Source of the DNA: an uncultured Clostridia bacterium
GTDB lineage: Bacteria > Bacillota > Clostridia > Oscillospirales > CAG-272
Assembly: GCA_944391805.1 (NCBI GenBank)
Contig: CALXUY010000036.1
Coordinates: 4,772 to 68,771, forward strand
DNA length: 64,000 nucleotides
Direction of reading: 5' to 3'
In this document: piece after piece, positions 1-9,614 of the stretch
Numbering within the stretch: the first letter of the stretch is position 1
Layout: the number at the start of each line of letters is the position of its first letter
Made by a program: the position numbers and the translations under genes
The notes under the pieces: model-generated
What the model was told of the DNA's origin: nothing
What the model saw: the letters and a program-made list of their open reading frames with translations, nothing else
Databases searched by the model: none

Positions 1-2
1 TG

Positions 3-500
3 CGCGCCTCCTACACGATGGTATTGCAGGACACATGGCTGTTTTACGGAAGCATCTTTGAGAACATCACCTACGGGCGCGAGGACGCAACGATGGAGGA
101 GGTTGTGGCCGCGGCCAAAGCAGCCAAAATACACAGCTTTATCGAGCGTCTGCCGGACGGCTACAACACGATACTCTCGGATGACGGCATCAATATCTCC
201 AAAGGTCAGAAGCAGCTCATCACCATTGCCCGCGCCATGCTGCCGAAAACCTCGATGCTGATTCTGGACGAGGCCACCTCCAACGTGGACTCCCGAACCG
301 AGATCAAAATTCAGGAGGCCATGGCCTGCCTGATGGAAAACCGGACCTGCTTTGTCATTGCACACCGGCTTTCCACCATTCAGAACGCCGATCTCATTCT
401 GGTGGTCAGGGACGGCAACGTCATCGAGCAGGGCAACCACGATGAGCTGATCCGGCTGGGCGGCTTTTACGCAACGCTGTATCATTCCCAGTTCTCATAA
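3..500 (+). CDS. ABC exporter ATP-binding domain, C-terminal fragment (5' end outside window)
   Basis: Frame is open from the window edge. ABC signature-like ISKGQKQ, Walker B LILDEATS and H-loop IAHRLST give an MsbA/MdlB-type tail. Confidence 0.85.
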   Translation, partial: RASYTMVLQDTWLFYGSIFENITYGREDATMEEVVAAAKAAKIHSFIERLPDGYNTILSDDGINISKGQKQLITIARAMLPKTSMLILDEATSNVDSRTEIKIQEAMACLMENRTCFVIAHRLSTIQNADLILVVRDGNVIEQGNHDELIRLGGFYATLYHSQFS

Positions 501-614
501 GCAATTCTGCCCCTCCCGCAAGGCCGTTTGCCGTCGCCGACCCGCGCGGGCCGGAACGGCAAGCGACAGTTATGCGGGCATCGGGATGATCACGCTCCCG
601 CGGGCAGATCAAAA

Positions 615-663
615 ACAGCGCAGACAGGGATTGCACCTTCCCTGCACATGCGCTGTTTTTTGT
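615..663 (+). terminator. Intrinsic terminator after the ABC exporter gene
   Basis: Stem ACAGCGCA...TGCGCTGT with an inner hairpin, followed by TTTTTTGT. Confidence 0.6.
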
Positions 664-839
664 ATGGAATTCTTCCCTGCCCCCAGTACCGCCCCCACCG
701 GACGTCCGTCGCACAGGAAGCCGCACGGGCCGATTGTATGCCTTGCCGCCAGGCTCCGTTCCGGCCGCTTTTCTCTGGCCGGGACGGCCGACGGCCCTGT
801 CTCGTTCTCCGGGATGGAGAGCCGGTTTACTCGGACGTT

Positions 840-2105
840 TTATTTTTCATACTTCAGATACCAGGCAAAGCACGCTGTTTTCTTGAACGGAGAGCATTGA
901 ATGATTTCCGGGTAGTCCTTCAGAATCTGCCGCAGGAACTCCAGACACTCGTCCGGTGTCACCTGCCCGTTGACCATGGCAAACTGCAGCTCCTTGCAGG
1001 TATATGCGCCAATGCTGGAGGCCTCCAGCTTGCTTGGGCGCTCCCGCTCGTATTTTGCCTTGATCGTCTGGTAATTTCCGTCATAGTTCTGGGCCTTCGG
1101 AAACCGTGCGAAATGCTCTTTTCTCGATTCATAGTTTGCCTTGAATTTCTGGCCGCAGGTCTCGTACGGAACCGTCATCATATGCCGGACCAGAAACACC
1201 GGCGTATACTCGGTGGAGGTGATGCCCATGTGATCATACCACCGCATTGCCATGCCATTGTAGTCAAAGCTCTGCCCCTCGAGCGCCTTTCTGACGAAAT
1301 CCCCGCTGCCGTATACATCGAAGGACTTTTGCACTTCCGCAATCGAGGTTCTGCTGCCGATATAGAGCCCGAGCGTCTCCGGCGCCGCCGTTTCCATATC
1401 CCGTACAAACACCCGCTGCTCTCCCTTTTCGGTCTGCCGCAGCAGCTCGTCGGCCACTGTCTGGCAGTCCCGCAGCACACACGGGTCAGACGCAGGCGCA
1501 AGGAGATCGATGCAGGCAAACAGCTCCCGGAAATCTCCGGCCTTTACAGCCGTACACGGAACCGTCTGCCCGGATGCCGGAGCCGACAGAACGGTGGCCT
1601 CTTCGGCAACCTTCTCCATGCCTTCGGCCGTCTCCACAACAATCAGGTGATCGCGCGGAATGGCCGCCGAAAATGCCGCAATCCGGTCTGCCACGGTCTG
1701 CTGTTCCTCCGCGGAACAGCAGAGCAGCAGCATCGGCGCACGCATCAGGGCCTGCACCAGCTTCCACCCCAACCGTGCACGGAAAGCGGCGGCCTGCTCC
1801 TCCGGCGTCCCAGGCTCCTCACATAGCCGGAACAGCTCACCGTATGTCGTGCAGGCAGGAATTTCATGCTGATTCCGGACACCATATACACGGAAGCCCC
1901 GGAACAGCTCATCCTGCACAAACGTCCCCGGCTCTGTGGTAAACACTGCGCTGATTTTTCGGCTCACCCGCCGCAGCAGCTCCAGCTCCCCTGCCCGATC
2001 CGTGCGGGCCGTGTTCCCGTTGAAATATCGCCCGGAAAAAGCGGATCCGAGAAAAAGGGCAGGCAGAATGTGATCGGATGCCATCCGTTTGAATGCTTCA
2101 CTCAT
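840..2105 (-). CDS. Hypothetical protein, 421 aa, no family recognised
   Basis: Long ORF with a GGAGGG RBS 6 nt before the ATG at 2105. Amino-acid composition looks normal. It has its own consensus promoter. Confidence 0.6.
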   Translation of the reverse strand: MSEAFKRMASDHILPALFLGSAFSGRYFNGNTARTDRAGELELLRRVSRKISAVFTTEPGTFVQDELFRGFRVYGVRNQHEIPACTTYGELFRLCEEPGTPEEQAAAFRARLGWKLVQALMRAPMLLLCCSAEEQQTVADRIAAFSAAIPRDHLIVVETAEGMEKVAEEATVLSAPASGQTVPCTAVKAGDFRELFACIDLLAPASDPCVLRDCQTVADELLRQTEKGEQRVFVRDMETAAPETLGLYIGSRTSIAEVQKSFDVYGSGDFVRKALEGQSFDYNGMAMRWYDHMGITSTEYTPVFLVRHMMTVPYETCGQKFKANYESRKEHFARFPKAQNYDGNYQTIKAKYERERPSKLEASSIGAYTCKELQFAMVNGQVTPDECLEFLRQILKDYPEIIQCSPFKKTACFAWYLKYEK

Positions 2106-2191
2106 ATGATTCCCTCCAACGCCATGCGAAATCGCTGTTCAGACTCCGCAAAAATTCTTTTTTCGACAAATGTGCAACGCTTATATAGGTA

Positions 2192-2220
2192 ATTTTATCA
2201 TAATCATGGGAAAATGTCAA
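2192..2220 (-). promoter_or_regulatory. Sigma-70-type promoter for the 840-2105 gene
   Basis: Minus strand reads TTGACA, 17 nt, TAAAAT. Confidence 0.5.
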
Positions 2221-2377
2221 GAATAATCAGATAATTCGGTCGATTTTTCGCAAAAAAACGCGGATGGATGAGACATTTCCGTCATTTTGAACACGGACGC
2301 CGTTTCATCCATACAAGTAAGCTCCGAAAACATGCCGGTCGGAGCGCTTTGATCCGTGGATCTGCGGCAGAAACGGC

Positions 2378-2406
2378 TTGACAACCGCCGCGGAATGTGG
2401 TATCAT
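2378..2406 (+). promoter_or_regulatory. Sigma-70-type promoter for the pyrophosphatase-like gene
   Basis: TTGACA, 17 nt, TATCAT, ending 30 nt upstream of the ATG at 2436. Confidence 0.5.
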
Positions 2407-2435
2407 GAAGGGGAAAGCATACAGGAGGAAACCCG

Positions 2436-2846
2436 ATGACAGCAGAAGAACGCAGCGCCCTGACGGCGTTTTATCTCGGAAAAACAGCCACCATTGAAAT
2501 CGACCGGCCGATCGGATACGTGCACCGGAAAAAGGACTACACACTCACATATCCCATCAATTACGGCTATCTGCCGGGGGTGCTCGGAGGAGACGGAGAG
2601 GAGCTGGACGTCTATCTGCTTGGCGTCCGGCATCCGGTTTCCCGCTTCACCGGCCGGATTGTGGGGGTGGTTTACCGCGCGGACGACGTGGAGGACAAGC
2701 TGATTATGGCGCCGGACGGCGTTTTCCCCACCGTGGAGGAAATGACAGAGGCCGTGCGGTTTCAGGAGCAATACCATCAATCCCGCATCGTGGGAATCAA
2801 TGGCAGCCAAAAGACCGGACAGACATCCCAAAGCATGACACAATGA
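2436..2846 (+). CDS. Inorganic diphosphatase-like protein (short family I PPase)
   Basis: YPINYGYLPGVLGGDGEELDVYLLG and RIVGVVYRADDVEDKLIMAP match the family I PPase core (YPxNYGxIP...DGDPxDVxxL...DxKxxAV). Confidence 0.7.
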   Translation: MTAEERSALTAFYLGKTATIEIDRPIGYVHRKKDYTLTYPINYGYLPGVLGGDGEELDVYLLGVRHPVSRFTGRIVGVVYRADDVEDKLIMAPDGVFPTVEEMTEAVRFQEQYHQSRIVGINGSQKTGQTSQSMTQ

Positions 2847-2953
2847 AAGTACCGCCCGTATCCGCAGGGACAGGCAACTCAGCCCGGCAATCGCTCCGGA
2901 CTGTGCATGCAGTCCGCCCGGAAAGGGCGGAACGATTGATCCGTCTCACCGGA

Positions 2954-2992
2954 AAAGCCCCGTTCGCGCATGATGCGGCAGAACGGGGCTTT
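2954..2992. terminator. Bidirectional intrinsic terminator between the PPase-like gene and tsf
   Basis: 12-bp stem AAAGCCCCGTTC / GAACGGGGCTTT with an A-run on one side and a T-run on the other. Confidence 0.65.
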
Positions 2993-3008
2993 ATGCAGAT
3001 AGAATGAA

Positions 3009-3932
3009 TTACTTGCCGGAGGTCATTTTGGCGATTTCCTCGGCAAAATTCTCCTCTTTCTTCTGGATACCTTCGCCCTTTTCAAAGCGATAGAACTCCA
3101 CAATCTCGATTTCGCCGCCCAGCTCCTTTGCGGTGGCCTTGACATACTGGCCGACCTTCATGTCGTCGTCCTTGATATAGCTCATGTCCATCAGGCAGTT
3201 GTTGTCATAGAACTTGGAAATTCTGCCCTCCACCATTTTGAGCTTGATCGCCTCGGGCTTTTTGGCATTGGCGGGATCGTTGGCGATCTGCGCCAGCAGA
3301 ATGTTCTTCTCCTCCTCGATCACAGAGGCGGGAACCTGCTCGCGGCAGAGATAGGGGGTGGTATACGCACCGATCTGCAGCGCGATGTTCTTGGCAAAGG
3401 CCTCGAATCCGGGCTGATCGGCAACATTGGTGCGGAATTTGGCAATCACGCCGATGGAACCTGCGCCGTGCACATAGGTGCTGGTGATGCCCTCGACCAG
3501 CACAAAGCGGCGCACCGTCAGCTTTTCACCGATCTTGAAGATCATCTCCTTGAGCTTGGCGTCCACCGTCATCTCATCGTCGTACTTACATGCGGCAAGT
3601 GCCTCCACATCGGCAGGCTTCTGCGCGATGATGATGTTGAGCAGCTCATCCACAAACGACTGAAAGGTCTCGTTCTTTGCGACAAAGTCGGTCTCGGAAT
3701 TCACCTCAATCATGGCGGTGTAATTGCCCTCCTTGCGGATTTTCACCACACCGTCGGCGGCAATTCTCGTAGCCATTTTGGATTCGGCCTTCAGCTCGCC
3801 CTTCTCGCGAAGAATTTTCACGGCCGCGTCCATATCTCCGTCAGCCTCAACCAGCGCCTTCTTGCACTCCATCATACCGATTCCGGTTTTTGCACGGAGC
3901 GCGGCAACGTCTTTTGCTGTAATATTTGCCAT
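3009..3932 (-). CDS. tsf: Translation elongation factor Ts
   Basis: N-terminus ITAKDVAALRAKTGIGMMECKKALVEADGDMDAAVKILREKG is the EF-Ts UBA-like signature. It sits directly downstream of rpsB. Confidence 0.95.
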   Translation of the reverse strand: MANITAKDVAALRAKTGIGMMECKKALVEADGDMDAAVKILREKGELKAESKMATRIAADGVVKIRKEGNYTAMIEVNSETDFVAKNETFQSFVDELLNIIIAQKPADVEALAACKYDDEMTVDAKLKEMIFKIGEKLTVRRFVLVEGITSTYVHGAGSIGVIAKFRTNVADQPGFEAFAKNIALQIGAYTTPYLCREQVPASVIEEEKNILLAQIANDPANAKKPEAIKLKMVEGRISKFYDNNCLMDMSYIKDDDMKVGQYVKATAKELGGEIEIVEFYRFEKGEGIQKKEENFAEEIAKMTSGK

Positions 3933-3952
3933 TTTCTCTGTCTCCTTTCGGT

Positions 3953-4702
3953 TTACTCTGCGGCAGCCGCTTCGGCAGCAGCCTCTTCCGCCTCCGCAGC
4001 GGGAGCCTCGGCGGTCTCCTCGCCCTGCTTGCCCTCAATCACGGCGTCCGCCAGAACCGACGAAATCAGCTTGATGGCGCGGATCGCGTCGTCATTACCG
4101 GGGATAATATAGTCGGCGTCGTCCGGGTCGCAGTTGGTATCGACAATGGCAATCACCGGAATGCCCAGTTTTTTGGCCTCCAGCACGGCGTTTCTCTCTT
4201 TTTTGGGGTCTACGATAAACACTGCGTCGGGCAGTCTCTCCATGGTCTTGATGCCGCCGTAATTCTTTTCGAGGTCAAAAATTTCCTTCTGCATGGCGGC
4301 AACCTCTTTTTTGGGAAGCAGGTCAAAGGTGCCGTCCTCCTGCATTTTGTAAAGATTGTTCAGGCGGTTGATCGACTTTTTGATGGTTTTGAAGTTGGTC
4401 ATCATGCCGCCCGGCCATCTGACATTGACGTAATACATGCCGCAGCGGGTAGACTCCTCCTTGATGGCCTCGGCCGCCTGCTTCTTGGTACCAACAAACA
4501 GGAGCGTTCCGTTGTTTTCGGAAAGCTCACGGACAAAGTTGTAGGCCTCCTCGAACTTTTTCACGGTTTTCTGCAGATCGATGATATAGATCCCGTTCCG
4601 CTCGGTGAAGATATACTCCTGCATTTTTGGGTTCCATCTTCTGGTATGGTGTCCGAAATGAACACCGGCTTCAAGCAGTTGCTTGATAGAAACAATCGAC
4701 AT
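3953..4702 (-). CDS. rpsB: 30S ribosomal protein S2
   Basis: [19 protein letters not shown] motif and conserved rpsB-tsf order. Confidence 0.95.
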   Translation of the reverse strand: MSIVSIKQLLEAGVHFGHHTRRWNPKMQEYIFTERNGIYIIDLQKTVKKFEEAYNFVRELSENNGTLLFVGTKKQAAEAIKEESTRCGMYYVNVRWPGGMMTNFKTIKKSINRLNNLYKMQEDGTFDLLPKKEVAAMQKEIFDLEKNYGGIKTMERLPDAVFIVDPKKERNAVLEAKKLGIPVIAIVDTNCDPDDADYIIPGNDDAIRAIKLISSVLADAVIEGKQGEETAEAPAAEAEEAAAEAAAAE

Positions 4703-4850
4703 TTTTCATGTCCTCCTTCGGTTTTTTCCACCACCGCGACGCATTGCCCAAACCGCCGGCATTGGCGGCACCGACGCAATCCCCGTCCGGTGTGTGTATT
4801 TTGACCTGTACGCGACCGCGCTTTCCGGCTGATCCGCACAAGCACAGAAA

Positions 4851-4879
4851 ATTATACCATATTTTGATTCTCAATGCAA
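4851..4879 (-). promoter_or_regulatory. Promoter of rpsB-tsf
   Basis: Minus strand reads TTGCAT, 17 nt, TATAAT, about 150 nt upstream of the rpsB ATG. Confidence 0.5.
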
Positions 4880-4930
4880 CAGGCAGCCGGTATATTTACA
4901 GAAAATTAACAAGTCCAATCTCTGCATACA

Positions 4931-4967
4931 AAAAACAGGCTCCGGCCGCACTTCAGTGGCCGGAACC
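4931..4967 (-). terminator. Intrinsic terminator of the NfeD-SPFH operon
   Basis: Minus strand reads GGTTCCGGCC...GGCCGGAGCC followed by TGTTTTTTG. Confidence 0.6.
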
Positions 4968-4968
4968 T

Positions 4969-5032
4969 CAGGTTGTAGACCAAAGCAACGGCTTTCATCA
5001 GTCTGACGAAAGCCGTGGCTTTGGCCTATGAG
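4969..5032. mobile_element. Short palindromic derivative of the MITE family seen at 23029 and 48506
   Basis: Starts with the family end CAGGTTGTAGACCAAAGCAACGGCTTTCATCAG, then an inverted imperfect copy of the same end (TCTGACGAAAGCCGTGGCTTTGGCCTATGAG). It abuts the terminator hairpin. Confidence 0.55.
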
Positions 5033-5086
5033 ATCAGGCTATCCCCCCAAAATCTTTGCCAAAGAGTCAAAGCCGCGCCGGCAAAT

Positions 5087-6049
5087 TTACGCCTTCGGCG
5101 CTTCCGCCTGTCCCTGCTCCGGATCGGTGGCAACCTCCTTGATGCTGCTCACCAGCCCGGCAATGCTTTGAATCTCGGAAGGAATAATGATTTTTGTCGC
5201 CTTGCCGTCCGCAACCTTTTCAAATGCCTCAAACCTGCGCAGCGTCAGCATCCCCTCTCCCGGGTTTGCTTCGTTGATCATCCGGATTCCGTCGGCTGTC
5301 GCCTTCTGAATGGCAAGGATGGCCTCCGCCTGCCCTTCAGCCTCACGGATTCTGGACTCCTTCACGGCCTCCGCCTGCAGAATCTGCGCCTGCTTTTGGG
5401 CCTCGGCCTCGAGAATCATGGATTCCTTTTTCCCCTGCGCGACGAGAATCGTCGCATTTTTCTCGCCCTCTGCGCGCAGAATTGCCTCACGGCGTTCGCG
5501 CTCGGCCTTCATCTGCTTTTCCATCGCGTCCTGAATTTCCTTGGGCGGGATGATATTTTTCAGCTCCACGCGGGTGACCTTAATGCCCCACGGGTCGGTG
5601 GCCTCGTCCAAAATTGCGCGCATTTTGGTGTTGATGAGGTCGCGCGAGGTCAGCGTGTTATCCAGCTCCAGCTCACCGATGATGTTGCGGAGCGTGGTGG
5701 CGGTCAGGTTTTCAATAGCGGACATCGGGGTGGTATGGCCATACGTATACAGCTTACAGTCGGTGATCTGAAAAAACACCACGGTATCAATCTGCATCCG
5801 CACGTTGTCCTTGGTGATGACGGGCTGGGGCGGGAAATCGGCAACCTGCTCCATGAGGTTGATTTTTTTGACTACCCGGTCAAAAAACGGACGTTTGAAA
5901 TGCGGGCCGGCCTTCCATGTTTTGAGATAGGAGCCGACGCGCTCAATGACATAAGCCTTGGACTGCGGTACGATATGGAAGTTTGCAATCACAATGATGA
6001 TTGCGATAGCGACAACTGCAAGCAAAATGACAATGGTTACGGGATCCAT
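5087..6049 (-). CDS. SPFH/band 7 (stomatin-like) membrane protein
   Basis: N-terminal TM helix, then IVPQSKAYVIERVGSY...ITKDNVRMQIDTVVFFQITD. C-terminus is a Glu/Ala-rich coiled coil. Paired with NfeD upstream. Confidence 0.85.
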   Translation of the reverse strand: MDPVTIVILLAVVAIAIIIVIANFHIVPQSKAYVIERVGSYLKTWKAGPHFKRPFFDRVVKKINLMEQVADFPPQPVITKDNVRMQIDTVVFFQITDCKLYTYGHTTPMSAIENLTATTLRNIIGELELDNTLTSRDLINTKMRAILDEATDPWGIKVTRVELKNIIPPKEIQDAMEKQMKAERERREAILRAEGEKNATILVAQGKKESMILEAEAQKQAQILQAEAVKESRIREAEGQAEAILAIQKATADGIRMINEANPGEGMLTLRRFEAFEKVADGKATKIIIPSEIQSIAGLVSSIKEVATDPEQGQAEAPKA

Positions 6050-6111
6050 AATCTGTCCTTCCTTTCAAATGTAGATTGGTATACCGGGTAGAAAATACGG
6101 GCACTTATGCT

Positions 6112-6594
6112 TCAGGTATGTCCCTTTGGCGGCGTTTCATTGACGGCTTCACAGATCAGCTTCACACCGCTGAGCTCCCGCACCACCACAACCGTGCCCT
6201 CCGGAATGGTGACGGAATCGCTGACCGAGCGGGCCGTCCACTCCAATGGGCCGACCTTGACGCTGCCGGTTCCCTGAATGTTGTCGATCGGCTCATGCAC
6301 CACTCCGGTGGCGCCGATGATCGCCTCGGCGTTCAGCTCCTCACCGTTCTCAACCTTCGGGTGCTTTTTGCCGTACCGGCGTGCAATCATCAGCATCATT
6401 GCGGAAATCGCAAGGAAAACCAACAACTGTACCCAGAAAATATCCACCCAGATGGCAAGAACCAGGGCTGCAACCGCGCCGGGAACGAACCAGATGGACA
6501 CCATTTCGGCCGTTGAGGCTTCAATGATGAGGGCAAGCACAATCACCGCCGCCCACAGCAGCATCCATCCATACTGCTCCAAAAACGCATTCAT
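6112..6594 (-). CDS. NfeD family membrane protein
   Basis: Three or four TM helices plus a C-terminal OB-like tail (GTGSVKVGPLEWTARS...). Classic NfeD-SPFH gene pair. Confidence 0.75.
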   Translation of the reverse strand: MNAFLEQYGWMLLWAAVIVLALIIEASTAEMVSIWFVPGAVAALVLAIWVDIFWVQLLVFLAISAMMLMIARRYGKKHPKVENGEELNAEAIIGATGVVHEPIDNIQGTGSVKVGPLEWTARSVSDSVTIPEGTVVVVRELSGVKLICEAVNETPPKGHT

Positions 6595-6697
6595 GGCTGT
6601 TCATTGCTCCTTTCTGCTCTTCGTTACTTTTATTATAACAGACGTCCGGAAAAATGTCAATCAATTTCCGGATATTTGTTCATTTTTCCGCCAAAAA

Positions 6698-7522
6698 TCA
6701 GGAGCGGGTATACACATTTTCGATCGCGATATCCGAGCCGTCCGGAGATACCAGCAGCACCACATACTGCGGCCTGATCGCGTCGCTCCCCACGTCGCGC
6801 CGGAAGGTTCCGTTGTTTTTGCGGATCATATAGTCCACACGGTAGGTGACGCGCTGCATGCCTCCCTCCAGTGCCTCGGTGCCGCAGTAGTAAATGCACA
6901 TCTGATACAGCATCTGCTGGGTAAACTGCGGGATGCTGTTTGCCTGGAGATAGCTCTCGGTGAACAGGGAGCGATAGGTTTCCACATCTCCGCTGATGAT
7001 GCTGTTGAGATAGATGGTGAGGAAGCGCACCTTGATGTCAAAGTTCTCCATGTCGCTTCCGTCCGAGGTAATCTGCTCCTTCAGACCGTACCCCTGCTCG
7101 TTGTCACAGTACATCATAATGCGGTCGCTCTCCGGATATTCCCCGGTTTCAAAAATATTTACATTCCAGTTTACCGGGTAAAAATAATATTCCTCCGGCG
7201 CGGGAGTCTCCTGTTCCGGCAGGAAAAAGTAGAGCGCCAGCAGAACAGCCAGCCCCAGCACCACCATTCCTCCGATGATGAGAATCACCAGCCGGATGTT
7301 TTTGGCAAGGCTGCGCTTCATCTGCACCGGGGACGGCGCTCCGGCAGGTACGGCCTGCAGCGGTGCGCCCGGAACATCCCGAAGGGTCTCCCGCGGCGCC
7401 TGCGCATCCGCGTTCATCGATGCCTCCTGCGGCGTCCGATCCTGGTTTGTTTCCGGCTTGTCCGGCGTCCGGCCTGCCGCGTCCTTCTCTTCCCGCCGCG
7501 GCTCATTCGGCATATTGCTCAT
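6698..7522 (-). CDS. Hypothetical membrane-anchored protein (Pro-rich N-terminus, one TM helix)
   Basis: GGAGGGG RBS 5 nt before the ATG at 7522. TM segment LVILIIGGMVVLGLAVLLALYFF. The ORF track's start at 7552 is an alternative. Confidence 0.55.
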   Translation of the reverse strand: MSNMPNEPRREEKDAAGRTPDKPETNQDRTPQEASMNADAQAPRETLRDVPGAPLQAVPAGAPSPVQMKRSLAKNIRLVILIIGGMVVLGLAVLLALYFFLPEQETPAPEEYYFYPVNWNVNIFETGEYPESDRIMMYCDNEQGYGLKEQITSDGSDMENFDIKVRFLTIYLNSIISGDVETYRSLFTESYLQANSIPQFTQQMLYQMCIYYCGTEALEGGMQRVTYRVDYMIRKNNGTFRRDVGSDAIRPQYVVLLVSPDGSDIAIENVYTRS

Positions 7523-7653
7523 GGCTGCCCCTCCAAACTCTCTGATTTCCATTCCATTTTAACACAAAGGCATTCAAAATGCAACCGGAAAATCAAAAAT
7601 TTATCGTTTGTTTGCAATTCAAAAAAACTTTCCAAAAAAGTGACGCTTCCGTC

Positions 7654-7682
7654 TTGTACTTTTTCCTGAAATATGATATAAT
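7654..7682 (+). promoter_or_regulatory. Promoter of the apgM-lepB-rbgA-rnhB-yraN cluster
   Basis: TTGTAC, 17 nt, TATAAT. Confidence 0.45.
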
Positions 7683-7716
7683 AAAGATACTTTTTGATCC
7701 ATTCGGAGGGCCGAAA

Positions 7717-8952
7717 ATGAAATATCTTGTTCTCATTCCGGACGGAATGGCCGACGAAAAAATTGCTTCGCTCGGAAACCGCACCCCCATGGAAGCGGCG
7801 GAAAAGCCAACCATGGACCGGCTTGCCAGACAGGCGCTGGTGGGAACCGTGTGCAACATCCCAAACGGTATGGTGCCCGAGAGCGACACCGCCAACATGG
7901 CCATTCTCTCCTTTGATCCCAAAATCTACTCCAAGGGCCGCTCCCCTCTGGAGGCCGTGAGTATGGGGATTGCCATGCAGCCGGAGGATACCGCCTACCG
8001 CTGCAATGTTGTCACCCTCTCGGACGAGGGCGAGGACTACGACGACAAAATCATTCTGGATCACAGCGCCGACGAAATCACCACTCCCGAGGCCGACCGG
8101 CTGATCCGGACGCTGGAGCAGAAGCTGGGAAACGACATCCGCAAATTTTATACCGGCGTGAGCTATCGCCATTGCCTGATCTGGAAAGGGGGCAACGATA
8201 CCTACCCGTTCATGCGCCCGCACGACATTCTCGGCAAGCGCATCGGAGAATACCTCCCGCGCGAGGATAACGGCGGCGGAGAGTTCTACCGGCTGATGCG
8301 GGAGAGCTTTGACATTCTCAATCACCACCCGGTCAACGAGGAGCGGCGCGCCCGCGGGCTGAAGCCGGCCAACTCGATCTGGCTCTGGAGCCCCGGCAAA
8401 AAGCCGGCGCTGCCGAGCTTCTCCGAAAAGTGGGGGCTGCGGGGCGCCGTGATTTCGGCGGTCGATCTGATCAAGGGTATCGGGCTTTGCGCCGGCATGG
8501 AATCGATCGATGTGGAGGGCGCAACCGGCAACGTCAACACCAATTACGCCGGCAAGGCAGCCGCCGCCATCGGCGCCTTCCGCCGGGGATTGGATTATGT
8601 CTACGTACATGTGGAGGCCCCCGACGAGTGCGGCCACCGCGCCGAGCTGGAGAACAAGATTCTCTCCATCGAGAAAATCGACTCCGAAATTCTGAAACCG
8701 GTATACGAATATCTGGCAGCCTCGGGCGAGGATTTCCGCATGCTGGTGCTGCCGGATCACCCGACGCCCGTGCGTCTGCGCACGCACACCAGCCAGCCGG
8801 TTCCCTTCTTCATCTACTGCTCCGACCGAAGCTACCCCGGGGTTTCCTGCTTCTGTGAGGAGAGCGCGGCCGAAAAGCAATTTTACCTTCCCGAGGGCTG
8901 GCACCTGATGGATCTGTTGATGAACCCGAGCGGAGAAAGGACAAACGCATGA
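7717..8952 (+). CDS. apgM: Cofactor-independent phosphoglycerate mutase, archaeal ApgM type (this family also includes non-canonical homoserine kinase analogs)
   Basis: MKYLVLIPDGMADE...TPMEAAEKPTMDRLA...GMVPESDTANMAILSFDP. GGAGGG RBS before the ATG at 7717. The upstream part of the ORF track entry lacks coding character. Confidence 0.8.
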   Translation: MKYLVLIPDGMADEKIASLGNRTPMEAAEKPTMDRLARQALVGTVCNIPNGMVPESDTANMAILSFDPKIYSKGRSPLEAVSMGIAMQPEDTAYRCNVVTLSDEGEDYDDKIILDHSADEITTPEADRLIRTLEQKLGNDIRKFYTGVSYRHCLIWKGGNDTYPFMRPHDILGKRIGEYLPREDNGGGEFYRLMRESFDILNHHPVNEERRARGLKPANSIWLWSPGKKPALPSFSEKWGLRGAVISAVDLIKGIGLCAGMESIDVEGATGNVNTNYAGKAAAAIGAFRRGLDYVYVHVEAPDECGHRAELENKILSIEKIDSEILKPVYEYLAASGEDFRMLVLPDHPTPVRLRTHTSQPVPFFIYCSDRSYPGVSCFCEESAAEKQFYLPEGWHLMDLLMNPSGERTNA

Positions 8953-9599
8953 ACGAGGATTGGACGCCGGACGCACCGCAAAGTCAGCCGCAGCCTCCGG
9001 TCGGGCAGCAGGACAAAGCAAAAAAATGGGTTTCCGGCGCGTTTGATTATCTCGAGATGTTTGCATGGTCGGTATTCGCTGTGCTGCTCATCTTCACCTT
9101 CGGCATCCGGCTTTGCCGGGTAGACGGGGAATCGATGGAAAACACGCTGTACGACGGGCAGAATCTGCTGCTCTGGAGTGCCGGTTACACGCCGCAGCAG
9201 GACGACATCATTGTGTTTCACCTGACAAAGCCGCAGGCCGATCTGCAGAAGACGCTGGTCAAGCGCGTGATCGCGGTTGGAGGGCAGGAAATTGTGATTG
9301 ACACCAACACCGGAACGATCACCGTGGACGGTGAGGTTTATGAGGACACGCACGCGGTTCTGAAAAACCGCACCACGGACGAAATTACGGGCACATATTC
9401 CACCTCCCTGTTCCGCTACGACTTCGACCCGGCTACCGGCATCTTCCGGGCAACCGTGCCCGAGCACACGGTGTTCGTGATGGGGGACAACCGGAACAAT
9501 TCCAAGGACAGCCGGGACACCGACGTGGGCTTTGTGGATGAGCGCTGCATTCTGGGCAAGGTGACGGTGAGGCTGGTTCCCTTCACGATTTTTTCCTGA
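8949..9599 (+). CDS. lepB: Signal peptidase I
   Basis: GESMENTL (catalytic Ser box), VKRVIAVGGQ (Lys box) and GDNRNNSKDSR. ATG overlaps the apgM stop. Confidence 0.9.
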   Translation: MNEDWTPDAPQSQPQPPVGQQDKAKKWVSGAFDYLEMFAWSVFAVLLIFTFGIRLCRVDGESMENTLYDGQNLLLWSAGYTPQQDDIIVFHLTKPQADLQKTLVKRVIAVGGQEIVIDTNTGTITVDGEVYEDTHAVLKNRTTDEITGTYSTSLFRYDFDPATGIFRATVPEHTVFVMGDNRNNSKDSRDTDVGFVDERCILGKVTVRLVPFTIFS

Positions 9600-9614
9600 A
9601 CGAAAGGATCAAAC

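Noticed and set aside
528-1826. 432-aa plus-strand ORF overlapping the 840-2105 gene
   Set aside because: Arg/Pro/Gly/Leu-rich composition is typical of an antisense frame in high-GC coding DNA. It has no RBS. The opposite-strand ORF has a proper RBS and promoter.
2264-2312. 11-bp hairpin with a T7 run on the minus strand, upstream of the promoter of the 840-2105 gene
   Set aside because: Considered as a terminator of an unannotated minus-strand transcript or sRNA. The T-run is 5 nt from the stem, and I found no promoter or gene feeding into it.
7519-9066. 515-aa minus-strand ORF across apgM and lepB
   Set aside because: Shadow ORF antisense to two genes with unmistakable family motifs. Its composition is low-complexity and Gly/Ala/Arg/His-rich.
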